Shown here in pieces: positions 41,520 through 51,633 of a stretch of 64,000 nucleotides of DNA. The stretch lies in contig OZ219747.1 of assembly GCA_964291265.2 (NCBI GenBank), positions 992,001 to 1,056,000 of the forward strand, read 5' to 3'. Source of the stretch: Alphaproteobacteria bacterium (GTDB lineage Bacteria; Pseudomonadota; Alphaproteobacteria; SP197). Position 1 is the stretch's first letter. Every line of letters starts with the position of its first letter. Under the pieces are notes generated by a model. That model saw only the letters and a list, made by a program, of their open reading frames with translations, made no database searches and was not told the origin of the DNA. Both the position numbers and the translations under genes were made by a program.

Positions 41520-43634
41520 ATGACTACGCAAGGAACCGGACCTGACAACGCCATTCGCGGCGTGCGGCGGGCCACTCCCAACACGGTGGCGGCGGCGTGC
41601 GCCGGCGCCGGGTTCGACGGCCTCCCTGACGGCTCGACGAGATCCGATCTTCTGAGGGTCCTCCACCGCGGCGGGATGGCGTGCGGGCTCCTGAGGCACG
41701 AGATCGCCCGACTCGCCTACCTGGTGGGCCACACCCTGGAGATCGACTGGCAGGAAGGCGGGCGGCCCCTGGTCTGGGTGCCCGTCGGCCGCCAGGCCGA
41801 GGAACTGGGCCTGTCGCGGCGGCGCATCGCCCAGGTCGAGCGGGATCTCGCCGAAAAGGGCTGGATCTCGCACCGGGATGCCGTGGACCGCGGCCGGCGC
41901 GGATGCCGGGATCCTGTCACCGGCCACGTGAAGCAGGCCTTCGGCGTCGACCTGGCGCCGCTGGGCGTGCGTTTCACCGAACTTGCCGCCGCGGCGGACG
42001 CTGCCGCGGCGTTGCGTGAGCGGCGCGAGACCTTGCGGAGCGAGCTGTTGGCGTTGCGGATGGAGATACGCTGCCTCCAGGCTGCCCTGGGGCGGAAGGG
42101 GGAGGGCGACGGAGAGCCTGTCGTGGCGCCGCGGCTCATGACTGCGGAGGAGATGGCCGGGGCGGTGGAGCGTCTTCGAGACCGTCGCGACCGGCTCCGG
42201 GCCGAAGTCGCGGGCCCGCCGGACGACGGTGGCGGCGGAGGCGATCAGGGTGGCGGGGTGGAACACCCGGGCGTTGATGAATCTGCGACGGCGGAGGGAG
42301 AAGGCGATTCCGGGGGTGGCGTGCCGCCGGAGTCGTGCCGGGGAGAAGCCGCACGGCATCGTAGGAATCGTGCGGCGGCAGGGGAGGAACCTGTGGCCGG
42401 TGGCGGGGCGTTGCGGGCTGCCCCCGGGGGAGAAGCGGCCGCCTCGCCTATACTAATACAGATTCAAGACTCGGTAAACTTCGTTGGTAATCGGCCCGAG
42501 TCGTCCACAGGCGCGGCGGCGGCCCGGGCATCGGCGGTCCCGGTCGATGTCACGGCGGACACCGCCAGGGCCGATGATGGGCCGGGATGGGGTGCAGGGC
42601 CGGGACCGCGCCACGACCGCGATGCGGAGCGCCTCCTGGCTCTCGAGGCGGGCGATCCGGCATGGCGCGACCTGATGGACTCGGGCGCCCTTCGCCGGCT
42701 GCGGCTCGGGATTCGCCCCGATACCTGGGTGAGGGCCGTCGAGGCCATGGGGGCGAGGGCTGCTGCCGTCACGGTGGCCGTCATCGACATGCGCCGCCGC
42801 GAAGGCGTCTTCGCGGGCTCCCCGGACTACGTCCTGACGGTGTGCGGCGCCCGGGCCGTGCAGGATCACGGCGGTGGCGATGCGGACTGGCGCGCGGTGG
42901 CGCGGACGGCCATCGTCTGCATCGAGGATCTCTGGGAGTGCGCCGCCGGGGCCGGCGAGGAAGCGCCGGGACGGGATGATGCCGCGGGGCCGCGCCGCGA
43001 TGGCCGTGTGGAACGCCGGCGGCCTGGCCGGGGCGCTGGCGGCGGATCACCGCCCCTGGCGGCCCGCGGCGGCGGCAGGCGATGCCGTGACGCGGTGGGG
43101 GACTCCGCCGTCCGCGCCACCGGGCGCGTCATCCCTGACGCCGGGTCGGGCGAGGGGCCGGCAACGGGTGCCGGGTCGGGACCGATCCACGACTGCGGCG
43201 TCGAGCACCTGCAGCCTGGACGGGTGGCCAGCGTCGGGTCGCAGCGCCTCCAGGAACTCGCTGGCGGCGATCCGGGATGGCGCGACCTGGTCCAGGCGGC
43301 GACCGTTCGCCGCGGCGACCTCGGGATTCACCACGACACCTGGCGGACGGCCGTGCGGGTCATGGGCGCCAGGGCCGCTGCCGTCACGGTGGCCGTCATC
43401 GACGGACGGCGCCTGGACAGGGGAACCTTCGTGTGGTGCCCGGACCGCTTCCTGGCGGCGTGCGGCGCCCGGGCCGGGCGGGGCGAGCTCCACCTCCACC
43501 GGTCGGTGTGGGGCCTCGAGACGGCGCAGCGGTTCCGCGAGGCGTGGAACGTCTGGGACGAGGTCTCGGAGGCGGTCCAGGGCCGCCTGCTGCGCGGCGA
43601 GAGCCGGCAGCGGATCATGGCGGCGCCGGCATGA
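41520..43634 (+). CDS. repC: RepC-type replication initiator (repABC family) with duplicated C-terminal domain
   Basis: DWQEGGRPLVW, LGLSRRRI...ERDL...GWI..RD, AFGVDLAPL; two copies of W.DL......LGI..DTW..AV..MGARAAAVTVAVID. Confidence 0.85.
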   Translation: MTTQGTGPDNAIRGVRRATPNTVAAACAGAGFDGLPDGSTRSDLLRVLHRGGMACGLLRHEIARLAYLVGHTLEIDWQEGGRPLVWVPVGRQAEELGLSRRRIAQVERDLAEKGWISHRDAVDRGRRGCRDPVTGHVKQAFGVDLAPLGVRFTELAAAADAAAALRERRETLRSELLALRMEIRCLQAALGRKGEGDGEPVVAPRLMTAEEMAGAVERLRDRRDRLRAEVAGPPDDGGGGGDQGGGVEHPGVDESATAEGEGDSGGGVPPESCRGEAARHRRNRAAAGEEPVAGGGALRAAPGGEAAASPILIQIQDSVNFVGNRPESSTGAAAARASAVPVDVTADTARADDGPGWGAGPGPRHDRDAERLLALEAGDPAWRDLMDSGALRRLRLGIRPDTWVRAVEAMGARAAAVTVAVIDMRRREGVFAGSPDYVLTVCGARAVQDHGGGDADWRAVARTAIVCIEDLWECAAGAGEEAPGRDDAAGPRRDGRVERRRPGRGAGGGSPPLAARGGGRRCRDAVGDSAVRATGRVIPDAGSGEGPATGAGSGPIHDCGVEHLQPGRVASVGSQRLQELAGGDPGWRDLVQAATVRRGDLGIHHDTWRTAVRVMGARAAAVTVAVIDGRRLDRGTFVWCPDRFLAACGARAGRGELHLHRSVWGLETAQRFREAWNVWDEVSEAVQGRLLRGESRQRIMAAPA

Positions 43635-43675
43635 CGGGCGGCGCGGCGGCGGTCTCCGTAGTGGGTCGCGAGCCC

Positions 43676-45274
43676 TCAGCCGTCCTGCCGGCGGAGTTCC
43701 TCGACGCCGAGCTCGTAGACGGCGGGCGGCGCCAGCGTCACCGTGACCTTGAGACGTCTGCGGCGGCTGCCCCGCCAAGCGACGGTGATGCGGTCGATGA
43801 CCTCCTGCAGCGGCCCGGGCGGCGGTGGATCGTCCGGGCGCAAGTCCTGGCCGGCGTGAACCCGGGCGGCGGAGGCGATGCGCGCATGGGCCGTCGCGGC
43901 GATCGCGTCCACCGGCGCCCCGGGCGCGAGGAGGGCGAGGGCGGCGCGGGTCGTGGCGATGCGGCTGGCCAGGGCCTCGATCTCGGCTTCCGGGATCGCG
44001 AGATCGCGGACTGCACGACTGGCGGCGCGGTGGTCCCGTGCCGTGTCCTGCAGCGCGGCGGCGGCTTCCGCCAGGGCGGCGACGGCCCGTTCGACGGCTG
44101 CGAGATCCTCGCTCAGGCGGCCGGCGCGGCGGTGGCGGTCCTCGGCCTCGGCCGAGGCGGCGGCGTGCACGGCCGCCGCGTTGCCGGGCGACGCCAGGCG
44201 GCGGGCCAGGGCCTCGATGACGGCGTCGCGGCGGAACATGCGGCGCTGCCTGCAGGTGCGCGTCGTCCGCCAGGTCTGGCAGACGAGGTAGCCCGAATGG
44301 GCCGTCGTCACCCGGGCGCCGCAGTCGCCGCACCAGAGCCTGCCCGAGGTGATGTAGCGGACGGCCTTGCTCACGGGCGCCGGGCTCCTCTGCGGCGGGC
44401 GGCCCGGGCGCTTCGTCTCGATGATCGCCTGGACCGCGTCCCACTGTTGCGCCGGGACGATCGCCAGTTCCGGGGCCTCGACGATCTGCCACTCGGATTC
44501 GGGTTGCGGGTGGCGCTCGGTGAGGCCCGTCACGGGGTTGCGCACGCTCTTGACACGGCCGAACACGATGCGGCCTCGGTAGATCGGGTTGCGCAGGATG
44601 CCGCGCCCGCGGGACGCCGTGCCGACGAGCGTGGAGGCGTGCCACCGGGACCCCGTGGCCGAGGGAATGCCGTCGGCGTTGAGGTCGCGCGCGACCAGGC
44701 GATACGGCCGGCCCGCCGCGACCTCGGCGAAGATTCGCCGAACGACGGCCGCCTCGGTCTCGTTGATCGTGCGCTGGCCGCCGCTCCCGGGGACCGCGGC
44801 GTAGCCGTACCGCCGGCTGCCCGGGATGCCGCCGCTGGCGACGGCGGCGCGCTGGCCGCGGCGGACCTTGTCGGAGAGGTCCTTGAGATAGAGCGCGTTC
44901 ATGGTCCCCTTGAGACCGATGTGGAGCTCATTGATGAGGCCTTCGGTGACGGACCACATCTGGACCCCATGGTAGCCGAGGCGCTTGTAGATCGTTGCCA
45001 CATCGGCCTGATCCCGGCTTATCCGCGACAGGTCCTCGATGAGCACGACCTCGAAGTCCCGGTACGCCGCCGCCTCGAGGAGCGCCATGATCGCCGGGCG
45101 TTCGAGCATGACGGCGCCGCTGATGCCCTCGTCGGCAAACTCCTCGACGACCGTGGCGTGGTGGCGGCGCGCGACCTCCCTGCATCGGTCGAGCTGGGCA
45201 GGGACAGAGCGGGCCTGCTCGTCCGTCGAGTGGCGCGCATAGAGGGCCACGCGCCTGTCGGCGATGTCGTGCAC
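43676..45274 (-). CDS. Large serine recombinase (resolvase + recombinase + zinc ribbon + coiled coil)
   Basis: [40 protein letters not shown]...C.....C. GTG start at 45274 after GGGGAG. Confidence 0.92.
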   Translation of the reverse strand: MHDIADRRVALYARHSTDEQARSVPAQLDRCREVARRHHATVVEEFADEGISGAVMLERPAIMALLEAAAYRDFEVVLIEDLSRISRDQADVATIYKRLGYHGVQMWSVTEGLINELHIGLKGTMNALYLKDLSDKVRRGQRAAVASGGIPGSRRYGYAAVPGSGGQRTINETEAAVVRRIFAEVAAGRPYRLVARDLNADGIPSATGSRWHASTLVGTASRGRGILRNPIYRGRIVFGRVKSVRNPVTGLTERHPQPESEWQIVEAPELAIVPAQQWDAVQAIIETKRPGRPPQRSPAPVSKAVRYITSGRLWCGDCGARVTTAHSGYLVCQTWRTTRTCRQRRMFRRDAVIEALARRLASPGNAAAVHAAASAEAEDRHRRAGRLSEDLAAVERAVAALAEAAAALQDTARDHRAASRAVRDLAIPEAEIEALASRIATTRAALALLAPGAPVDAIAATAHARIASAARVHAGQDLRPDDPPPPGPLQEVIDRITVAWRGSRRRRLKVTVTLAPPAVYELGVEELRRQDG

Positions 45275-45440
45275 GCTGCCCGTCGCTCCCCTGCAGTGGG
45301 GCCGGCGGCCGGGCTGGTCTCTGTGCGCCGGCAAGCCCCTCCATTGCGATTCCGCCCAAAGCTAGCCCAGGGCCGGGGCGGATGCGAGAGCACGCGCCGC
45401 AGGGTTCCCGTTTCCGCGGGCAGCAGGCGCCACGGTGCAG

Positions 45441-45488
45441 TTGCGCAATTGCGCAATTGCGCAATTGCGCAAATGCGCAACTCCACAA
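45441..45488. repeat. Tandem palindromic octamers (TTGCGCAA)4-ATGCGCAA-CTCCACA; candidate centromere/operator
   Basis: Read directly; ends immediately before the parA RBS. Confidence 0.9.
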
Positions 45489-45501
45489 CAAGGAGAGGAT
45501 C

Positions 45502-46152
45502 ATGATCATCTCGTACCTGAACCAGAAGGGCGGGGTCGGCAAGACCACGCTGGCCGTCCACACGGCGACGGCGCTCGCCCTCGACGGTCTCGACGTCATC
45601 CTCGTCGATGCCGACCCCCAGGGCTCGGCGCTCGACTGGCTGGCGGCGCGTCAGGCGCCGCCGCTCTTTGCCGTGGTCGGCATGCCCCGGGCGATGCTGC
45701 ACCGCCAGGTGCCGCGGATCGCCGCCGGCGTGGACGCGGTGGTCATCGACGGACCGCCGTCCCTGGCGGACATCGCGCGCTCGGCGATGCTGGCCTCCGA
45801 CCTGGTGGCGATACCCGTGCAGCCCTCGCCCTACGACGTCTGGGCGGCAGGTGGCCTCCTCGACCTCGTCGACGAGGCCCGGGTGGTCCGCGAGGACCTC
45901 GCTGTCCGCTTCGTCGTCAGCCGCCGGATCGCCAACACGGTGATCGGGCGCGACGTCACGGAGGCCTTGAGCGCATGGCCGGTGCCCGTCCTCGCGAGCC
46001 AGATCACCCAGCGCGTCGCCTTTGCCGAGAGCGCCGCCAGCGGTCTCTCGGTCCTCGAGAGCGCGCCGGCCAGCGCGGCGGCGGCGGAGGTGGTCTCGCT
46101 CGTCGGCGAGATCGCGGGGCTGACGCTCCAGGCCGGGAGGGCCGCGGCATGA
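45502..46152 (+). CDS. parA: ParA/ParF partition ATPase (type Ib, no N-terminal HTH)
   Basis: [44 protein letters not shown]. Confidence 0.95.
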   Translation: MIISYLNQKGGVGKTTLAVHTATALALDGLDVILVDADPQGSALDWLAARQAPPLFAVVGMPRAMLHRQVPRIAAGVDAVVIDGPPSLADIARSAMLASDLVAIPVQPSPYDVWAAGGLLDLVDEARVVREDLAVRFVVSRRIANTVIGRDVTEALSAWPVPVLASQITQRVAFAESAASGLSVLESAPASAAAAEVVSLVGEIAGLTLQAGRAAA

Positions 46153-46376
46153 CGAGGAAGATCGTCACCATCGATCTGCGTCCGCGGGCGCGCCAGGAGT
46201 CCCCGGACGGCGAGGGCATGGAGACCTGGGTGCACGGGCGCCGGGCGGCGTGTGTGCGGTTCACCGTCGAACTCGATGCGGATCTCCACCGCCGGCTGCG
46301 CCTGGCCGCGGCGCGCCAGGGGCGGCGCATGGCCGACATCGTGCGCGAGCTGATCGACGGGGCCTGCCCGGAATGA
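46149..46376 (+). CDS. ParG-like ribbon-helix-helix partition protein
   Basis: ATGA overlap with parA; [34 protein letters not shown]. Confidence 0.85.
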   Translation: MTRKIVTIDLRPRARQESPDGEGMETWVHGRRAACVRFTVELDADLHRRLRLAAARQGRRMADIVRELIDGACPE

Positions 46377-46399
46377 CCGGCGGGCTCGGCATGACTGGC

Positions 46400-46438
46400 T
46401 TGCGCAATTGCGCAATTGCGCAAATGCGCAACTCCACA
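46400..46438. repeat. Second octamer array (TTGCGCAA)3-ATGCGCAA-CTCCACA
   Basis: Identical to the last part of the 45441 array; lies between the RHH gene and nrdJ. Confidence 0.9.
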
Positions 46439-46494
46439 TGGTCGCACGTTCGGGCGTGCGCCCTTTCACCCATTCGCCATTCCGGGAGGTTTCC

Positions 46495-48840
46495 ATGAGT
46501 GATCAGATCGTCACCCTGGCGCCGGCGCCGATCTCGAAGCAGATCTGGCACATGAAGTACCGCTACGGCGGCAAGGAGGACGGGCGGGGCCGCGACGCCG
46601 ACATCCCGGCGACCTGGCGGCGCGTGGCGCGGTCTCTCGCTGCGGTCGAGGACGATGCCCTGCGCCCGGAGATCGAGGCCCGGTTCCGCGAGGCCCTGGA
46701 GGGCTTCCGCTTCCTCCCCGCCGGGCGCATCGTCGCCGGGGCCGGGACCGAGCGGAACGTCACGCTCTTCAACTGTTTCGTCATGGGGACGATCCCCGAC
46801 GACATGTCCGGGATCTTCGAGAACCTGAAGGAGGCGGCGCTCACCATGCAGGCGGGCGGCGGGATCGGCTACGACTTCTCGACCCTGCGGCCCAAGGGCG
46901 CGCCCGTGAAGGGCGTCGGCGCCGACGCCTCGGGGCCGCTCCCCTTCATGGACTGCTGGGACTCCATGTGCCGCACCATCATGAGCGCCGGGTCCAGGCG
47001 CGGCGCGATGATGGCGACCATGCGCTGCGATCATCCCGACATCGAGGCCTTCATCGACGCCAAGCAGGAGGCCGGGCGGCTGCGCATGTTCAACCTCTCG
47101 GTGCTCGTCAGCGACGCCTTCATGGCCGCGGTCGAGGCGGACGATGCCTGGGACCTCGTCTTCGACGGGGTGGTGCACGGCACGCGGCGCGCCCGCGAAC
47201 TGTGGGACCGCATCATGCGCTCGACCCATGCCTGCGCCGAGCCGGGCGTCATCTTCATCGACCGCATCAACCGGCGGAACAACCTCCACTACTGCGAGAC
47301 CATCTCCGCCACCAACCCGTGCGGCGAACAGCCCCTGCCGCCTTACGGCGCCTGCCTCCTGGGATCCATCAACCTGACCCGCTTCATCGTCGATCCCTTT
47401 GCCGAGAGTGCGCGGTTCGACGAGGCGGGGTTCGACCGCACCGTCGAGGCGGCGGTGCGGATGATGGACAACGTCGTCGACGTGTCGCGGTTTCCGCTCG
47501 AGGAGCAGCGCCGGGAGGCTCTGGCCAAGAGGCGCATCGGCCTCGGCGTCACCGGCCTGGCCGACGCTCTCATCATGATGCGGGCGACCTACGGCGACGA
47601 ACGCTCGCTCGCGCTCGCCGGCGCCTGGCTGGCCCGCCTGCGGCGCCAGGCCTACCTGGCGTCGATCCGTCTCGCCCGGGAGAAGGGTCCGTTCCCGCTC
47701 TGGGATGCCGAGGCCTGGTGTTCCGGGGAGAGCGTCGCCGAACTCGACGACGACGTGCGCGAGGCGGCACGGACGGACGGCATCCGCAACGCGCTGCTGA
47801 CGTCGATCGCCCCGACCGGAACCATCTCGCTCTTCGCCAACAACATCTCGTCGGGCCTCGAGCCGGTCTTCGCCTTCTCCTACACCCGCCACGTGCTGAT
47901 GCCCGACGGCGCCAGGCGGAGCGAGGAGGTGACCGACTACGCCGTGCGCCTGTGGCGCCACCTGCGCGGGGAGGAGGCGCCCCTGCCGGACTGGTTCGTC
48001 GGCGCCGAGGACCTGCGCCCGGCCGATCACGTGGCCATGCAGGCCGTGGTCCAGAGGTACATCGACAGCTCGATCTCCAAGACCATCAACGTGCCCGAGG
48101 ACATTCCCTTCTCTGCCTTCAGGGACGTCTACCTCGAGGCCTGGCGGCTGGGATGCAAGGGCTGCACCACCTACCGGCCCAACGACGTCACCGGGGCGGT
48201 GCTCGAGACCGGGGCGAAGGAGGCGGCGGCGCCGGAGCTGCCGCTGGGCGAGGCGCCCGCGACAACGCCGTCCGATCCGCTGGAGACCGGCGGCGTCATC
48301 CACCTCACAAGGCCCCTCGACCGGCCCGAGGCGCTGCCCGGGGCGACCTACAAGCTGAGGTGGCCGGAGAGCGATCACGCGATCTACGTCACGGTCAACG
48401 ACGTGGTCCGGGACGGGCGCAGGGCGCCCTTCGAGGTCTTCGTCAACTCGAAGAACATGGACCACTACGCCTGGACGCTGGGCCTCACGCGGATGATCTC
48501 GGCCGTCTTCCGCCGCGGCGGCGACGTGAGTTTCGTGGTCGAGGAGCTGAAGGCCGTGTTCGATCCGCGGGGCGGCGCCTGGATGAACGGGCGCTACGTG
48601 CCCTCGCTGCTGGCGGCGCTGGGCAGCGTCCTCGAGGAGCACATGCGCATGATCGGCTTCATTCCGGCCGACGAGGCGGCGCTCGCCCTGGCCGGTGGCG
48701 GCGAGGGCGGGAGAGCGGCGGCGATCCTGCCCGGGCCGGCGATGAGGCCGCGGGCCTGCCCGCGGTGCGGCCTGGCGGCGCTCATTCCCCAGGAGGGCTG
48801 CGAGATGTGCACCTCGTGCGGCTACTCGAAGTGCGCGTGA
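46495..48840 (+). CDS. nrdJ: Class II (adenosylcobalamin-dependent) ribonucleotide reductase
   Basis: FLPAGRI, TLFNCFV, ATNPCGEQPL..YGACLLGS, SIAPTGTISL, SISKTIN, KGCTTYR, TSCPD-like domain, CPRCG...C.SCGYSKC. Confidence 0.95.
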   Translation: MSDQIVTLAPAPISKQIWHMKYRYGGKEDGRGRDADIPATWRRVARSLAAVEDDALRPEIEARFREALEGFRFLPAGRIVAGAGTERNVTLFNCFVMGTIPDDMSGIFENLKEAALTMQAGGGIGYDFSTLRPKGAPVKGVGADASGPLPFMDCWDSMCRTIMSAGSRRGAMMATMRCDHPDIEAFIDAKQEAGRLRMFNLSVLVSDAFMAAVEADDAWDLVFDGVVHGTRRARELWDRIMRSTHACAEPGVIFIDRINRRNNLHYCETISATNPCGEQPLPPYGACLLGSINLTRFIVDPFAESARFDEAGFDRTVEAAVRMMDNVVDVSRFPLEEQRREALAKRRIGLGVTGLADALIMMRATYGDERSLALAGAWLARLRRQAYLASIRLAREKGPFPLWDAEAWCSGESVAELDDDVREAARTDGIRNALLTSIAPTGTISLFANNISSGLEPVFAFSYTRHVLMPDGARRSEEVTDYAVRLWRHLRGEEAPLPDWFVGAEDLRPADHVAMQAVVQRYIDSSISKTINVPEDIPFSAFRDVYLEAWRLGCKGCTTYRPNDVTGAVLETGAKEAAAPELPLGEAPATTPSDPLETGGVIHLTRPLDRPEALPGATYKLRWPESDHAIYVTVNDVVRDGRRAPFEVFVNSKNMDHYAWTLGLTRMISAVFRRGGDVSFVVEELKAVFDPRGGAWMNGRYVPSLLAALGSVLEEHMRMIGFIPADEAALALAGGGEGGRAAAILPGPAMRPRACPRCGLAALIPQEGCEMCTSCGYSKCA

Positions 48841-48847
48841 GGCGGCG

Positions 48848-49504
48848 ATGACGGCACGGAACGGAAAGGACGGCACCCTGTCAGCGGAAGGGGAAGATCG
48901 GCTGCGGCGGGAACTTCGGCATGACATCGAACATGGCCAGTCCGGCGAGGGCTGCGACGGCGATGCCGATGTTGCGCAGACCGTGGGCTGCCAGGACACT
49001 CCACTCCCCAATGCTCATTATCTTGCAGGCTCCGCGTTCCTGACCCTGGTGGCGATGCTCTGGTTCGTGCTCGCAGCGGTGGCGATGTCCGCACGATCAT
49101 CGTTGTCGGCAACCTATCTTGCCTGGGGCGCGGCGGGCTACGTGGCGCCCTTCGCTTTCGGTTTCCTCATGGGCCGTCGGGATGCGGGGCGGTGCGGGCC
49201 GGGATGTATGCCCTGGGTGTTCATGGAAAGCCGGATGGCTGTCCTTCTGGTCGTCAGCGGGTTCATGGTCCATGGCGCCATGGCGGGCGGCGCGGCGGTG
49301 CGGGAGGTGTGGGAACCGCCGTTGCTGTGGGCGCCGGCGATCCTCTGGCCGGTGATCGTCGTGGGCGGAGCGCTCGAGGGGATCGTGCTCGGCGGGATTG
49401 CCGGCGCCCTCCCCCGGCGCGCCCTCTGGCACGCTCTTCGCTGCGTCGTTTCCCGTGGGCGGCGGGCGGCTGCCGTGAGGACGCAGCGGAGAACCGGGCC
49501 ATGA
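48848..49504 (+). CDS. Hypothetical 4-TM membrane protein (paralog 1)
   Basis: SAFL, YLA.G..GYV, ESRM.VLL, WEPPLLWAPA, LP.R..WHALR shared with the next gene. Confidence 0.72.
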   Translation: MTARNGKDGTLSAEGEDRLRRELRHDIEHGQSGEGCDGDADVAQTVGCQDTPLPNAHYLAGSAFLTLVAMLWFVLAAVAMSARSSLSATYLAWGAAGYVAPFAFGFLMGRRDAGRCGPGCMPWVFMESRMAVLLVVSGFMVHGAMAGGAAVREVWEPPLLWAPAILWPVIVVGGALEGIVLGGIAGALPRRALWHALRCVVSRGRRAAAVRTQRRTGP

Positions 49505-50040
49505 TCCGCCGCGTCCGCGGTCAGGCTCCGGACGCCGGCGAGGGCGGTCAGGTCCCCGATACTCACGAGCTCGAATGCTCCGCGTTCCTGTCGCTGTTCA
49601 CCATGGCCTGGCTCGTGCTCTTCACGGCCGCGATGTCCGATCAGCTTCCCGCCGCTGTATACCTTGCCGGCGGCGGGGTGGGCTACGTGCTTCTCTTCGC
49701 TCTCGGGTTCCTGCTGTGCCGTGACGATCCGGCGGCGGAGAGGGAGCGGCCCGTGCACGTCGCGGGCATCGAAAGTCGGATGACGGTCCTGCTGATCGTG
49801 TTCGCGTTCCTGTTCCACGCCCTCTTCGGCGGCGGGGACCCGCGGGCGGGTTGGGAGCCGCCGCTGTTGTGGGCGCCGGCGCTGCTTCTTGTCGCGTTCG
49901 TCGTCGGCGCAGCGATCGACGGGGCCTTGCTGGGCGTGATTGCCCAGGGCCTCCCCCAGCGGACGCCCTGGCACGCGCTCCGATTCATCGTGTCGGAGCG
50001 GCGGCGGGCGGCGAGGAAGCAGCGGGAGGCCGGCCCGTGA
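49501..50040 (+). CDS. Hypothetical 4-TM membrane protein (paralog 2)
   Basis: ATGA overlap; same motifs as paralog 1. Confidence 0.72.
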   Translation: MIRRVRGQAPDAGEGGQVPDTHELECSAFLSLFTMAWLVLFTAAMSDQLPAAVYLAGGGVGYVLLFALGFLLCRDDPAAERERPVHVAGIESRMTVLLIVFAFLFHALFGGGDPRAGWEPPLLWAPALLLVAFVVGAAIDGALLGVIAQGLPQRTPWHALRFIVSERRRAARKQREAGP

Positions 50041-50546
50041 GGCGCCTTGCCGGCCTGGCCATCGCCGCGGTCCTGGCGGCCGTCCCGCCGGCGTCCGGTG
50101 ACGACGCCTTGCCGGCGGCGCGCGAGTTCAGCGTCACCGAGGCGCCGTCGGGCCAGGTGGTCCGGGGCTTCGCTCTCGAGGCCGGCGGCGAGGCCCACGC
50201 CCACTACCGGATCGGCATGGCGGTGGTGTGCCAGCCGTCGACGGGCGAGATCGCGGCGCACCTCTTCTTCGGTCCCTTCCCCGCCGCGCGGGCCGTGCAG
50301 ACGATGGTGTGGAGCGCCGACGGCGGCGTCAGCCGCTTCGGCGCCGCGGCCATCAGCGACCACGGCGCGCTCTCGGGCTTCCACTCGCCGATCCTGACCG
50401 ACCGCGCCGAGGTCGCCGCCTTCGTGGCGGCGGCCTTCGCGCCGGGCGCCGTGATCGGCAACGGGCACGTCGCCTTCCGGAACCTGGTTCCGGCAACCGA
50501 GAACGAGGAGGCGGCATCCGCTCTCCTCGATTGCGCCGGCCCCTGA
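50037..50546 (+). CDS. Hypothetical exported protein
   Basis: GTGA overlap; signal peptide RRLAGLAIAAVLAAVPPASG; two Cys. Confidence 0.65.
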   Translation: MRRLAGLAIAAVLAAVPPASGDDALPAAREFSVTEAPSGQVVRGFALEAGGEAHAHYRIGMAVVCQPSTGEIAAHLFFGPFPAARAVQTMVWSADGGVSRFGAAAISDHGALSGFHSPILTDRAEVAAFVAAAFAPGAVIGNGHVAFRNLVPATENEEAASALLDCAGP

Positions 50547-50580
50547 CGCCGGCGTCCGAACCACCACAGGAGCAACACCC

Positions 50581-51633
50581 ATGACGAAACGCACCCTCTA
50601 CCTCGCCCACCCGCTCGGGTTCTCAACCCTGACGGCGGGCGGACCTCTCGCCAGCCTCGTCACGGCCCTCGAGGGCCTCGGGGCTGTGGTCCGCGAGCCG
50701 TTCGCCGATGCGAAAGACGTGGCCGCGCCAGTGCCCGGATGGGCCTGGACGGCGGCCCGGGACAACGTCGCGGCCGTGATGGGCGCGGACGGTGTCTTCG
50801 CCGTCGTCAACGGGGCGCCTCCCGACGAGGGCGTCATGATCGAGGTCGGAATGGCGATCGCCTGGCAGAAACCGCTCTTCCTGTTCCGCGACGATGTCCG
50901 CCGGTGTTCGGACAGCGGGGACTACCCGCTCAACCTGATGGCCTTCGCCGGGTATGACAGGACGGGCTGGCGGGACTACTGGTACGAGAGCCTCGAGGAC
51001 CTGGCCGATCCGTCGAGGGGCCTCGCGCGCTGGATTGCCGGGGAGGATGTCCCCGGCAGCGTTGGCGCGCCGCGTGGGGTGGACTGGCGGGCGCGGTCCA
51101 GCATTCGCTCGATGCCGGCCTGGCCGTGCCCGCGGGAGGGCGGCGATGACGATCCCGACCTGCCCGCGTGCATGCTGGTGGCCCTGCACGCGGCGGCGGT
51201 CGGTGTTCGCTCTCCGGCCGACGTGTGGAGCAACCCGACATCCGACGAGATCAACCACGTCACGGTCTGTCTGGAGCGAGATCACCTCTTCGGATGCCGG
51301 TTCGCCGACCCGGGGCGGCGGCACTACCGCCTCGGGTCGCACGACATCACGGTCTGCCCGGGGGAGGCGGAATACGCGTGGGCGGCGCTGGACCGGCGAC
51401 ATGAGATCGAGGGGTCGTTCACCGCGGTCGGCGACTACGAGGCGGCATGGTCGGCCATTGCCGACCTGCCGATCGGCGGCGTGATCCGTCGACGGATCGA
51501 CGGCGGGGACTGGATGCACACGCAGGGCACGGGGTGGTGGCGCGCGGTGAGCATGGCGGTCAATCAACACCGCCACTGGTGGTTGATGCGGGGCGAGGTG
51601 GCGGCGTTGCGGGCTGCAAAGAACAGGCCATGA
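50581..51633 (+). CDS. Nucleoside 2-deoxyribosyltransferase-fold protein with unrecognised C-terminal extension
   Basis: LYLAHPLGFS, ADGVFAVVNG.PPDEGVMIEVGMAIA..KP, YPLNLM; about 190 extra aa. Confidence 0.85.
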   Translation: MTKRTLYLAHPLGFSTLTAGGPLASLVTALEGLGAVVREPFADAKDVAAPVPGWAWTAARDNVAAVMGADGVFAVVNGAPPDEGVMIEVGMAIAWQKPLFLFRDDVRRCSDSGDYPLNLMAFAGYDRTGWRDYWYESLEDLADPSRGLARWIAGEDVPGSVGAPRGVDWRARSSIRSMPAWPCPREGGDDDPDLPACMLVALHAAAVGVRSPADVWSNPTSDEINHVTVCLERDHLFGCRFADPGRRHYRLGSHDITVCPGEAEYAWAALDRRHEIEGSFTAVGDYEAAWSAIADLPIGGVIRRRIDGGDWMHTQGTGWWRAVSMAVNQHRHWWLMRGEVAALRAAKNRP

